46,830 nucleotides of DNA from Nanobdellota archaeon (GCA_034722435.1 JAYENX010000010.1:1-46830), one strand, 5' to 3'; numbered from the stretch's first letter, positions 17,024 through 26,650 are shown. Notes: a model not told the origin generated them from the sequence alone. Program-made: numbers and translations.

Positions 17024-17249
17024 TTTATCATTAGCTAAACTTGATTTAAGCTAATAATTTATAGTGGCAGAAACAGATTAACATTTTTGGTTATTGGTTA
17101 AGTGCTCTGGTTATAAATAATAATAAGGTTAAATCTTTCTTTATTTATAAAGGTTGCTATTTATTCCTGTATAAATTGATTTATTTATGTTTAATATTTA
17201 CATTAATTACAATAATGGTTTATATATAACAATTAGTTTTATTAAATGT

Positions 17250-17591
17250 ATGAAAGGTAAAAGATTGAGTATATCTATTATATCAGGTGCAGTACTTGGT
17301 ATTTTTTGTATAATAGGTATTTCTTTTCGACTTGGGTATACTGGTAATGAACTTTTTATTATTTCAACATGGATAAATAGGGTTGTTATGGGTTTAGTAA
17401 TAGGTTTAGCGCCGTATTATAAAATTAAGGGTAACACTAGAAATATTTTATTTCGTGGGGCGTTTTTAGGATTGATAATCAGTGGATCTTTTTATCTTGC
17501 AACTAATTTTTATGATTTTCCAGGTTTTGTAGCAGGAATTGTTTATGGTATTATAATAGATTATGTTGCAACAAGATATGGGAAGAAATGA
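17250..17591 (+). CDS. Integral membrane protein (about 4 TM)
   Basis: Gly-rich hydrophobic helices; ATG 17250 (MKGKRLS) preferred. Confidence 0.7.
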   Translation: MKGKRLSISIISGAVLGIFCIIGISFRLGYTGNELFIISTWINRVVMGLVIGLAPYYKIKGNTRNILFRGAFLGLIISGSFYLATNFYDFPGFVAGIVYGIIIDYVATRYGKK

Positions 17592-17603
17592 AATTTCTAT
17601 GAA

Positions 17604-17801
17604 ATGAAAAATAATAATATTTTTTGGATATTTGGAATTCTTCAAAGTCTTACATTAGGATTTATTATTTTTTTACTCTTTAGATCATTTAATTTGATTA
17701 GTGCAACTCCTGTAATAGGGTTGGATACTTCAGTCTTGTTAAGTATTTTGTTCCCTGTATTTTTGTTGATTGTTGAATATATTATTTATTCTAAGAAGTG
17801 A
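17604..17801 (+). CDS. Small 2-TM membrane protein
   Basis: 65 aa, two hydrophobic segments, 12 nt after the previous stop. Confidence 0.6.
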   Translation: MKNNNIFWIFGILQSLTLGFIIFLLFRSFNLISATPVIGLDTSVLLSILFPVFLLIVEYIIYSKK

Positions 17802-17835
17802 TATTTTATATATGTTGATTTTAATTATGTGAAAT

Positions 17836-18225
17836 ATGAAAGTAAAATTACATCATTTCGCGTATAATATTACGCCAAATAGTTTGGAACTGGTTTTGGA
17901 ACTTCTAGATAGATTAGGATGCACTCTTGTTTATAGAGAAGGTAGTGCACGATGGTGTATGGTACAGCAGAAACCAATCTCTATTGATATTCAAATAATT
18001 GAAACTAAGGACAAACCTGTTTTAATTGAAAAGAAAATTAACACTCATATTGCTTTTTTATCAGATACTCCTAAAGCAGATATTGAAGAGATTAAACAAT
18101 GGTCTAATGATAAAGGAGTGAAGTTTAGACAAGGTGGTTGGTCTGATAAAGAATTATGGTTTGATTTGCCTGATGCATTTGTCAATTTTGTGATTGAGAT
18201 AATGCATACTTCTGTGGTTGAATAG
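17836..18225 (+). CDS. VOC/glyoxalase-fold protein
   Basis: LHHFAY and THIAF metal-binding strands, C-terminal VIEIM. Confidence 0.65.
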   Translation: MKVKLHHFAYNITPNSLELVLELLDRLGCTLVYREGSARWCMVQQKPISIDIQIIETKDKPVLIEKKINTHIAFLSDTPKADIEEIKQWSNDKGVKFRQGGWSDKELWFDLPDAFVNFVIEIMHTSVVE

Positions 18226-18234
18226 ATTTAAATA

Positions 18235-19239
18235 TTAAGTATTTCTCTTATTTTTATCAAATTTTGTTTGTTTATTATTTAGTAACTTTAACATTTCTTT
18301 TTTGACAATTTGTTGTTCTTTTTCTACGTTAACATAATTATCACCGTATTGAATTATACAATCAGTATGAACAAGTAATCTTGCAAAATAATAATACTTT
18401 CTTCTTTGTTCGTAATTATCATCTAATTTTATGATTTCTGTATAACCTTTGAAAAAGGATTGTCTTAAATTATTATTATTATTATTATTATTTGAAAAGT
18501 TTGCACCCTCTGTTCTCATAAGTTCTTCTTCATTATGTCCAACAAATGCATCATCAAAATCAATAATTCCAGAGATTTTATTATTTTTTAAAAATATATT
18601 CTTTTGATTTAAATCAATATGAAGTAACCTTGGAACAATTTTATAATCAATAAGATTTGCGTTTTGTTCAAACCAAGAACTAATTGGTTTAATTAAATCT
18701 TCAAAATTTGAACCTTTAAAAATATTTAAACGATAATTAATTATTTCTTTGTGCATATCCTTCCAATTACTAAATGGTCCTTTATAATTAGCTTCAGAAT
18801 AACTTTCAACAGTTTTACCATCAAAAGTTTCTCCAAATTTCTTGAAAGTAATTGAATGTATTTTCGCAATTAATCTACCTAACTCGTAATAAAAAGATTT
18901 CTTATCATCAGTATTCATAGTGTTGATTACTTCACAAAGCATCTCTCCTTCAATCTCTGTAATTATTAGATAAGGATGTTTAACTAATTTTAGACTATCA
19001 TCAAATTTTAAAACACCTGGAACCGGGATATTATTTTTTAATAAAAAAGGATATAAACAAGCTAATTTATGTCCTGCTCTCGCTTCTTTCTTATTATTAT
19101 ACATTTTTAAGAAATAATTTCCTTTATTAGTCCCAACTTTGACTAAAAAGTTTGCTAATGTTTTAATTTCGGTAATTTTATTTATATTAAAATTTAATGA
19201 ATTGAAAATTGTTTTAATTTCGTCATTCTTTGAAACCAT
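18235..19239 (-). CDS. Aminoglycoside phosphotransferase/choline kinase (APH) family protein
   Basis: YFLK, IPVP, LLHIDLNQKNIF (HxDxxxxN), IIDFDD. Confidence 0.85.
   Translation of the reverse strand: MVSKNDEIKTIFNSLNFNINKITEIKTLANFLVKVGTNKGNYFLKMYNNKKEARAGHKLACLYPFLLKNNIPVPGVLKFDDSLKLVKHPYLIITEIEGEMLCEVINTMNTDDKKSFYYELGRLIAKIHSITFKKFGETFDGKTVESYSEANYKGPFSNWKDMHKEIINYRLNIFKGSNFEDLIKPISSWFEQNANLIDYKIVPRLLHIDLNQKNIFLKNNKISGIIDFDDAFVGHNEEELMRTEGANFSNNNNNNNNLRQSFFKGYTEIIKLDDNYEQRRKYYYFARLLVHTDCIIQYGDNYVNVEKEQQIVKKEMLKLLNNKQTKFDKNKRNT
18470..18490. repeat. (TTA)7 microsatellite encoding a poly-Asn run in the APH gene
   Basis: Seven exact units; protein reads SNNNNNNNNL. Confidence 0.85.
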
Positions 19240-19337
19240 AAGAATGAATAATTGTTGAAGGTTTATAAATTCAACTATTATATAATGTTTTAACTAACAT
19301 AAATTCAAGTGTTTTAGAACAATTTACAAATTTTATT

Positions 19338-19667
19338 TTAGAATTCAAACTCGTCATTAAGTTTGTTATTGAAATCAACTACTGCTGTAGGTTCGCCTGT
19401 GACGATTGCAAAGATTTTGTTTTGGCCGTAAACTAGGGTTAGGTCAAACTCTTTGTGTCTGTCTTCAGTACAGAAATCATTTATTTTTTCAAGATTTGGC
19501 CATTCTTCTTTTTCAGAAATGTTATCTGGGAAGTCAACTGGAAGTTGTTGATTTTCAAAACCTAGATTTTTCAATACTTTGGTGAATCTTGGGTAAAAAT
19601 CATTGTCCTTGCTAAAGCTGGCTATGACTTTCTTGTGTCTTTTGTTTAATGAAAGTAGCTTGCTCAT
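19338..19667 (-). CDS. Hypothetical protein translationally coupled to aCPSF1
   Basis: 4-nt ATGA overlap with the aCPSF1 stop; 109 aa. Confidence 0.65.
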   Translation of the reverse strand: MSKLLSLNKRHKKVIASFSKDNDFYPRFTKVLKNLGFENQQLPVDFPDNISEKEEWPNLEKINDFCTEDRHKEFDLTLVYGQNKIFAIVTGEPTAVVDFNNKLNDEFEF

Positions 19668-21553
19668 CTTATCCTCACTGCTTCAAGGTTTCGAGGAGCA
19701 ACAGTTTCTACTCTGTATTGTTTGTGTAATGATGATGCCAGATCAAGACATCTGATTTTTTCACCATGGTTAATGAGTATCTTTTTAGGTTTTGGTTGGC
19801 ATCTTCCTACAAAGTTCACTAGTTCTCTTCTTGTAGAGTGGCCTGAAATTTCTATTCTGTGGACTTCCATTTTAATTACTATAACTTCTTGACCTTGACC
19901 TTTTTTGAAAGCTATCTCTCTTTCTCCTTGAGATATTCGTCTACCTAATGAACCAGGACCTTGGTAACATGAAAATATGAGCGAGTTTTTCTTGTCACCA
20001 CCAAGATGTTTAAGATATTCAACAGATGGTCCTCCTACAAGCATACCTGATGTTGCGAGAATGACGCAAGGTCCGTGATCTTCAATAAGTTGCATTCGTT
20101 CTTTATGAGAACCTACTTGTTTAAACATAGGTGCAATAAACGGGTTTTGATCTTTATGGAATATTTGTTTTCTTACAACTCTGTTAAGAAATTCCGGGTA
20201 AGCTGTATGGATAGCTGTAATGTCCCATACCATTCCATCAATGTATACAGGAACTTCTTTTAGTCTTCCTTCTCGTACCATGGCTTCAATTAGTACTAGA
20301 ATTTCTTGGGCTCGGCCTGAACCGAGAGTTGGCATGAGTACTTTGCCACCGCGTTCTAAAGTGTTAATTATTATATCTTTTAACAGATTATCTTGTTCTT
20401 GTGCAGACGGCATTACATTTTCTTTGCCACCGTATGTACTTTCTATCATTAAAGTTTCAAGTCTTGGAAATCGTGTTGCCGCAGGTTCAAGAAGTGCAGT
20501 TTTACCGTATTTCTGGTCTGCAGTGTAAAGTAAATTGTGTAGGCCGTTTCCTATGTGAAGATGTGCCATTGCAGAACCTAACATATGCCCTGCATTGTAA
20601 AGGGTCATTCTTACATCGGGAGTGATATCCGTGACTTCTTCATAGTCTAATGTAATGGTATGCATGACCATTTGTTTGATTTCTTCAGTAGTGTATAACG
20701 GATCTTTACCTTCATTTTTTTGGATTTTTATAACGTCAAGCTGTAAAAGTGACATTATATCTCTTGTAGGTGCAGTACAATAAACTGGACCCCTGTATCC
20801 AAATTTAAATAAGTATGGAACAAGTCCTGAATGGTCAAGATGTGCGTGTGTGACTATTACTGCGTCAAGCTCGTTAATATTGAAATCTGGACTTTCAAGG
20901 AAAGGATAAGCGTCTGAGTCATTTGCAACATTGATACCGCAATCTAAAAGTACTCGAGATTCGGGTGTTTGAATCAGGATACAACTTCTTCCTACTTCTC
21001 TTGCACCACCTAAGTAAGTGGCACGGATCCATTCGTTCTTTTTTCCGCGAATCCAGCCATCGTATATTCTGTGACCTATCCTGTCAAGAAATTTTCTTCT
21101 TTCTTCAGAATTTTGGTAAAGAACGGCTCTAATGTTTTCAATAATTTTAGATCTAATGGCAGGTTTTCTTTTTATTATAGGAACCCATAATGTTTTTTGA
21201 CGGATTTCTCTAAGAAGTGCTCCTTGTTTGCCGATTGCAAGACCAGGTTTTTCTGCATGGATAATAACGATGGAACGTTGAGAATCGAATATTATGCCTT
21301 CTACTTTAGCTTCTTTAGGCATGATGTCTTTAATTTTTTTTTCAGTTTTTTCCATGTCAAGAGTTATGCTAGGATCGGGTCTTAGCTCGACACGTTTTTT
21401 GAATGTGTTAACAATCTCTCTTATCATTCCTTTATTATCAAAGAAAAAATCTTTATCTTTAGTGTATAGAACTATGTTGGCCCCTTCAAAAGCAGCATCG
21501 CTAACTAATCCTTTAGGGACCTTTTTTAACATTTCCTTAAGTATGTCGGTCAT
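19664..21553 (-). CDS. fttA: beta-CASP ribonuclease aCPSF1 (FttA)
   Basis: N-terminal KH domains (KPGLAIGKQG), THAHLDHSG, AGHMLGSA, ESTYG, SGH, NHGE. Confidence 0.95.
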   Translation of the reverse strand: MTDILKEMLKKVPKGLVSDAAFEGANIVLYTKDKDFFFDNKGMIREIVNTFKKRVELRPDPSITLDMEKTEKKIKDIMPKEAKVEGIIFDSQRSIVIIHAEKPGLAIGKQGALLREIRQKTLWVPIIKRKPAIRSKIIENIRAVLYQNSEERRKFLDRIGHRIYDGWIRGKKNEWIRATYLGGAREVGRSCILIQTPESRVLLDCGINVANDSDAYPFLESPDFNINELDAVIVTHAHLDHSGLVPYLFKFGYRGPVYCTAPTRDIMSLLQLDVIKIQKNEGKDPLYTTEEIKQMVMHTITLDYEEVTDITPDVRMTLYNAGHMLGSAMAHLHIGNGLHNLLYTADQKYGKTALLEPAATRFPRLETLMIESTYGGKENVMPSAQEQDNLLKDIIINTLERGGKVLMPTLGSGRAQEILVLIEAMVREGRLKEVPVYIDGMVWDITAIHTAYPEFLNRVVRKQIFHKDQNPFIAPMFKQVGSHKERMQLIEDHGPCVILATSGMLVGGPSVEYLKHLGGDKKNSLIFSCYQGPGSLGRRISQGEREIAFKKGQGQEVIVIKMEVHRIEISGHSTRRELVNFVGRCQPKPKKILINHGEKIRCLDLASSLHKQYRVETVAPRNLEAVRIR

Positions 21554-21599
21554 TTTAATTCAGAACCTCGTATTCAGTTTTTTGTTTTCATAAGAAAGT

Positions 21600-22238
21600 T
21601 TATACTTCTATTTTTGTGTTTAATTCTTTCTCAATTACTCTTTTACAGCCATTTTTATCAATTACCATTACATCGAGACCGTTACCTGATGCGCTATCTC
21701 TTTGTAAAGCTGCATTGATAGCTGTTACTGCTAATTTTATTCCTTCGTCAGTTGTCATATTTTTCTTGAACTGGCTTTCCATTACTCCATAGACAAACAC
21801 GCTTCCTGAACCTGAGGATATGTAGTTATCTATTTCTGTAAGGGATCCGTCAGGGAATAAGTCGTATAGATGATATCCTGAAGCATCGACTCCTCCAAAA
21901 AGGAAGTGTGCAATTCCTGGAATAGTTGAGAATTTTCTTATATTATTGTAAACCATGTTGGAAAGTAGATTAGCTGCTTCTTTTACGTTAGCATCTCTAT
22001 TCACTCTTATAGTTTTAAGCTTTAACTCTGCTTTTAATACTTTGATAATAAGTTGGATATCTGAAACAGTTCCTGCAGTTGTAAGAGCAAGATTATCACT
22101 TATTTCGTGTATTTTTTTTGCTTTTTTATCAACAATTAGATTGCCTGCAGTTGCTCTTTTATCGGCTGCTAGTACAATACCGTCTTTACATAAAATTCCT
22201 ATTGTTGTAGTACCTGTTTTTAATTGTGTAGTTTCCAT
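21600..22238 (-). CDS. psmB: Proteasome beta subunit
   Basis: Propeptide ending KTG|TTTIG, AADKRAT, SGSGS, RDSASG. Confidence 0.96.
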   Translation of the reverse strand: METTQLKTGTTTIGILCKDGIVLAADKRATAGNLIVDKKAKKIHEISDNLALTTAGTVSDIQLIIKVLKAELKLKTIRVNRDANVKEAANLLSNMVYNNIRKFSTIPGIAHFLFGGVDASGYHLYDLFPDGSLTEIDNYISSGSGSVFVYGVMESQFKKNMTTDEGIKLAVTAINAALQRDSASGNGLDVMVIDKNGCKRVIEKELNTKIEV

Positions 22239-22351
22239 TTAATCAACCCCTTAGAAGTATTTTCTATAATGTACATGAGAGCTGGTGGTTATTTATAAAT
22301 GTTTCGGTATTCTGTATAATAATTTTAAGACTTTAAATAAAAAATAAAAAT

Positions 22352-23422
22352 TTATTTTTTCTTGTTAAGCATCACTATTATTACAATACCTACAATGATA
22401 ACTAATACTTCAAGTGCTATGATTGCTGTTGAGCCAAGATCTGATGATGAACTAAATGATGTGGTCTGAACAGGCGTTGTTGATGTCGTTGTTTGTGTTT
22501 GTAGTTCTTGTGTATTATCGGATTCGTCTTGTCTGGTGAATGCTTCAACATCTACATTTTCCGGTGAACTTGCTTCAACATCTTGGGCAGCGCTTTCTTC
22601 GTTATTAGAATTATCTACTGGTTGTTCTTGTCTTTGGTCGCATTGTTGAATGTATAAAGGGATTTCTTTTTTAGTAAATTTTGAAGCGTATGACGCTTTT
22701 AATATGAATGTGTATGTTCCTTGGATTGCAGGGCTTAAATCTAGAAGAAATTCTTTTTCGTAAGTGTTATCATCGTTTCTAGCGCTTTCATCAAGTCGCA
22801 TTTTTTCTTCGAATTTAACTTGTAACCTGTCGTTTGTTATTGAAAGGTCTATATCTTCCTCTTCCTGACCTACATTGATGAGTTCAACTAATAATGTGGT
22901 TTCCCTGTTACAAATTATTGTTTCGGGAGTAAATTCGTTTTGTCTGAATCTTATGTCGTGTTTATCCTTGTCAATGTCTATAGTGATAGTAGTTTTAGTG
23001 TTATGGTCTGTACCGTTTTCGTCTTCTCCTTCGATTTCGATGTCGAGATCGTATTCGTCATCATCTAAACTAAGAGGTATTTCAAAGTCAAAATTAATTG
23101 TTTTATCGTCTTCAGCATCTAAACTGAATTCTGAGCTTTCTAATTCTATATCTGAATCGTCATTTATATCTTTTAAAGTGGCTGTAATTGTTATATCTTC
23201 AATTTCAATATCTTCTGCTTCGGTGAATAAATTCTTGACAGTTATTTTTAGTTCAAGTTCTGAATCAGGTTCAACATCTATATTTGGCGAATCTAGGTTG
23301 ACAGAATCGTCGTCGTCATCTACTTCTGCTTCAATTTCTGTAATTTCTAACTTGCTCGTAGCAGAGGCTGTTATTGCTAAAATAAGTATCATTAAAATTG
23401 ATATTAGTATAATTTTCTTCAT
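22352..23422 (-). CDS. Acidic secreted, membrane-anchored surface (S-layer-like) protein
   Basis: Signal peptide, Asp/Glu-rich beta-strand (Ig-like) domains, Thr/Ser/Gln linker, C-terminal TM plus KKK. Confidence 0.75.
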   Translation of the reverse strand: MKKIILISILMILILAITASATSKLEITEIEAEVDDDDDSVNLDSPNIDVEPDSELELKITVKNLFTEAEDIEIEDITITATLKDINDDSDIELESSEFSLDAEDDKTINFDFEIPLSLDDDEYDLDIEIEGEDENGTDHNTKTTITIDIDKDKHDIRFRQNEFTPETIICNRETTLLVELINVGQEEEDIDLSITNDRLQVKFEEKMRLDESARNDDNTYEKEFLLDLSPAIQGTYTFILKASYASKFTKKEIPLYIQQCDQRQEQPVDNSNNEESAAQDVEASSPENVDVEAFTRQDESDNTQELQTQTTTSTTPVQTTSFSSSSDLGSTAIIALEVLVIIVGIVIIVMLNKKK

Positions 23423-23541
23423 ATTACCACCTTATCTTTATGTAAATTGTAGTTTGTTTAAAAACGTTATGTTGTCTGGTTAGGTGACGAAATTTTAGTT
23501 TTTTGTTGGCATGGTTTATATTTTGGTAAGACTTTTTGCTG

Positions 23542-23692
23542 AGTCTCTTTAAATGGTTAATATGAAATCCTCTCGCTCACAGCATTAGTTTGAAGTACAA
23601 TGAGGAAATTACTAATGCTTCCTTGTAGTATAAATATTAATGATGTGTTTGCTGGCTGTTCCAAGCGAGGATTTCATATTAGTCTCATTAAA
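23542..23692. other. Inverted-repeat-bounded structured element (candidate ncRNA or MITE-like insertion)
   Basis: Perfect 15-bp IR 23558-23572 / 23667-23681, inner 9-bp IR 23581-23589 / 23611-23619, flanking 11/12 direct repeat AGTCTC(T/A)TTAAA. Confidence 0.5.
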
Positions 23693-23733
23693 CTAAATAT
23701 TTTTATACTTATACTGAATTACTTGTATACAAA

Positions 23734-25044
23734 ATGGGTGTCTATAGTACTTATGATATTAGAGGTTTGTATCCTGCCGAGATTAATGAGGAACTTGCAT
23801 ATAAAGTTGGTAGGGCTTTTGTTACATTTCTTGAATGTAAAAAGGTGGTAGTGGGAAGGGATGGAAGAACAAGTAGTCCTAGTTTACAGAAAGCTTTAAT
23901 GCAGGGAATTATTGATCAGGGTGCAGATGTTTTTGATATAGGTCTTACAGCTACACCTTTGATGAATTTTGCAGCTAAAGATTATGATGCTGGAATAATG
24001 ATTTCTGCGTCCCATAACCCGGGTCAGTATAATGCTTTTAAGCTTGTTAAGAGGCCAGTGTTACAGATGCATACTAAAGAGTTGCAAATAATACTTGACC
24101 TTGCTGAAAAAAATGAGTTTGTTGATGCTGAGATTACTGGTAATATAATAGAATTAAATCCTATAAATGAATATGCTGAGCATGTACTGAAAAAGTGCGA
24201 TTTTTCTGGTTTAAAAGTTGTGGTGGATTACGGGAACGGCGTTGGTTCAGTTATTGCAAAGCCTGTATTTGATAAATTGGATATTGAAGTAATTTCTTTA
24301 TATGAAGAGATTGATGGAACATTTCCTAATCATCCGGCTAATCCGCACGATATTGAGAATCTTGTAGATTTACAAAAAGCTGTCAAAGAAAATGATGCTG
24401 ATTTGGGTATATTTTTTGATGGCGATGCTGATAGAAGTCAGTTAGTTGATGAAACTGGTGAGATTCTTATGCCTGATATCTTGCTTGCTTTACTTGTTCC
24501 TGAAGAGCTTGGACGTTTTCCGGGTTCGAATGTATATTATGATTTAAGGTTTAGCAAGATTGTTAAAGATGTGATACTTGAAAATGGTGGTAACCCGTAT
24601 ATGTTGAAAGTAGGTAATCCGTTTTTTAAAGAGAAGATGTTAACAGGGGGTTGTCTGGCTGGCGAATTATCTGGTCATATAATGTTTAAGGACCATTTTA
24701 GTATTGATGATGGGTTATACGCTGCAGTCAAGTTGATGAATTTACTTTCTAAATGTGAATGGTGTTTATCTGAACTTGTTCAACCATTGAAACGGTACTT
24801 TTCAACACCTGAGATTAATTTGAAAGTTGATAATGCTGATGAAGTTTTGAAGATTGTTGAAGGTAATTTCTTACCGGGAAAACATCTTATACTTGATGGT
24901 GTCCACGTTACATTCTCTGATTGGTGGTTTAGTCTTCGAAAAAGTAATAATGAACCTTTAGTAAGGTTAAGGTTAGAGGCTGATACTAAAGAATTGATGA
25001 ATCAGAAAAAGGATGAAATTTTGAAGATTATTAATTCTAATTAG
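23734..25044 (+). CDS. Phosphomannomutase/phosphoglucomutase
   Basis: GRDGR, SASHNP (phosphoserine), DGDADR, GELSGH, RKSNNEP. Confidence 0.93.
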   Translation: MGVYSTYDIRGLYPAEINEELAYKVGRAFVTFLECKKVVVGRDGRTSSPSLQKALMQGIIDQGADVFDIGLTATPLMNFAAKDYDAGIMISASHNPGQYNAFKLVKRPVLQMHTKELQIILDLAEKNEFVDAEITGNIIELNPINEYAEHVLKKCDFSGLKVVVDYGNGVGSVIAKPVFDKLDIEVISLYEEIDGTFPNHPANPHDIENLVDLQKAVKENDADLGIFFDGDADRSQLVDETGEILMPDILLALLVPEELGRFPGSNVYYDLRFSKIVKDVILENGGNPYMLKVGNPFFKEKMLTGGCLAGELSGHIMFKDHFSIDDGLYAAVKLMNLLSKCEWCLSELVQPLKRYFSTPEINLKVDNADEVLKIVEGNFLPGKHLILDGVHVTFSDWWFSLRKSNNEPLVRLRLEADTKELMNQKKDEILKIINSN

Positions 25045-25979
25045 TTCCACTTTCCACATTTAGAATCCCAGCGAGCTACAACTTTGCCGTTTTCAAGAAG
25101 TTCCATTACTTCGCAACTGTTTGCGCAATCTTTACATTCAAATGATGCAGCTTTGTATTCTGTATTTTTTATATGGTATCCTTTAAATTTGCTTTTTTCA
25201 ATATTTCCTTCTTGAGCGATTAGTGCAGCACCTATAGCTCCCATAACCTCAAAATGTTTAGGAATTTCAACTTTTAAGTTTAAAGCTTTCTCAAAAGCGT
25301 TCTTTATACCTTTATTAGCTGCGACACCGCCCTGGAAAATGACTGGTTCTCGGATATCTTTACCTTTACCTACATCGTTAAGGTAGTTTCTTACAAGTGC
25401 TTCGCAAAGTCCTTTAATGATATCTTCTTTTTCGCAGCCAATTTGTTGTTTATGGATCATGTCAGACTCGGCAAAGACTGTACACTTTCCTGCTACTCTG
25501 ACGCTGTTTTTAGATTTTAATGATAAAGCACCGAACTCTTCGATTTTGATACCTAGTCTACCTGATTGTTGGTCAAGAAAACTTCCAGTGCCTGCTGCGC
25601 AGACAGAGTTCATGGCAAAGTCAATAACTGTTCTATTTCTTACTATGATTATTTTGGAGTCCTGGCCTCCTATTTCAAGAATTGTTTGAACATCAGGATT
25701 TGCTTTTAGAGACGCGATTGCGTGACAGGTTATCTCGTTTTTAACAATGTCTGCCCCAACAAGTAATCCAATAAGGCGTCTTGCTGAGCCAGTGGTGGCG
25801 CAACCAGATATATCTGGTTTTTCTTTTAGAAGTTTAAGACCTTCTTGTAATCCTCTAATAGGGTTTCCGTTAGTTCTGATGTTTACTTTTTCAATTACAT
25901 CTCCTTTATCATTAATTATAACTATGTTACATGATACTGATCCAACGTCAATCCCTAGGTAGTGTTTCATTTTAGTCAA
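25041..25979 (-). CDS. 2-hydroxyacyl-CoA dehydratase activase (HgdC/BadF-BcrAD type ASKHA ATPase with [4Fe-4S])
   Basis: GIDVGSVS, TTGSAR, NEITCH, EIGGQDSK, MNSVCAAGTGSFL, CTVFAESD, GGVAAN; C-terminal CKDCANSC. Confidence 0.9.
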   Translation of the reverse strand: MTKMKHYLGIDVGSVSCNIVIINDKGDVIEKVNIRTNGNPIRGLQEGLKLLKEKPDISGCATTGSARRLIGLLVGADIVKNEITCHAIASLKANPDVQTILEIGGQDSKIIIVRNRTVIDFAMNSVCAAGTGSFLDQQSGRLGIKIEEFGALSLKSKNSVRVAGKCTVFAESDMIHKQQIGCEKEDIIKGLCEALVRNYLNDVGKGKDIREPVIFQGGVAANKGIKNAFEKALNLKVEIPKHFEVMGAIGAALIAQEGNIEKSKFKGYHIKNTEYKAASFECKDCANSCEVMELLENGKVVARWDSKCGKWN

Positions 25980-26011
25980 GAGTTATAAGGGTGGTATAAA
26001 AAATTATCTAT

Positions 26012-26650
26012 CTACTTTAAAACCTTTCCAGTCTTTAAGTACCATAGATAAAGGTCAAGTTCTGCTTGTGACATTTTAAGTTGTTTTGAGAGTTTATCTA
26101 GTTTGTTTTCAATTTCTAAATAAAGTTTTTTTGTTATTGTTTTAGGTTTTTGTTTTATTATATTGTTTTCTAATAAAATATTAAGAATGTGTCTATCTAC
26201 AATTGCAAGGTTATTATAACCTATGTTTCTTAGAAAGTGTGATGCTTCCTTATAACCCAGTCCTTTTATGTTTTCTGCTAGCCATTGTCTTGCAGAACTT
26301 TCATTATTTTCTTTTATAATCTTTTTAATTACTTTTTTAATATTGATGAATTTTCTGGCTTCAATAATGTATTTTGTTTTGTTGTTGTGGAATCTGTGTT
26401 TGTTTTTTATTATGGTATTTTTTATTTTGCTCTTGGTTGCACAACAAAAACCGCGAATGCCTAATTCTTTTTGTATCTGTAGAGCTGTCAATGCTTTTGA
26501 GTTTGCAGTTAGTAAGCAGAAACAGAGTTCGGCGAACCATGCTTTTGTAGTTCTTTGTTGAAAAGATTTGAATTGTTTTAGTCTTTTTTTTATCGTGTTT
26601 TTAATCTCTGTCCTCTTTATTTTGTTTATTTTTGAGATTAGTTGTTTCAT
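26012..26650 (-). CDS. ogg: 8-oxoguanine DNA glycosylase/AP lyase (archaeal OGG2 type)
   Basis: ELCFCLLTANS, HhH IKGLGYKEASHFLRNIG, AIVDRHIL, DLYLWY. Confidence 0.92.
   Translation of the reverse strand: MKQLISKINKIKRTEIKNTIKKRLKQFKSFQQRTTKAWFAELCFCLLTANSKALTALQIQKELGIRGFCCATKSKIKNTIIKNKHRFHNNKTKYIIEARKFINIKKVIKKIIKENNESSARQWLAENIKGLGYKEASHFLRNIGYNNLAIVDRHILNILLENNIIKQKPKTITKKLYLEIENKLDKLSKQLKMSQAELDLYLWYLKTGKVLK

Noticed and set aside
22875-23483. 202-aa Ser-rich plus-strand ORF
   Set aside because: Antisense shadow of the Asp/Glu-rich surface-protein gene
23558-23681. Structured element as RNase P RNA, SRP RNA, or H/ACA or C/D guide
   Set aside because: Lacks the GAGGAAAGUCC/P4 signature, the SRP helix-8 CAGG..GGAA..AGCA arrangement, a terminal ACA, and a properly ordered C/D pair; too short for RNase P RNA
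23600-23851. 83-aa plus-strand ORF over the structured element
   Set aside because: Overlaps the PMM/PGM gene out of frame; no motif
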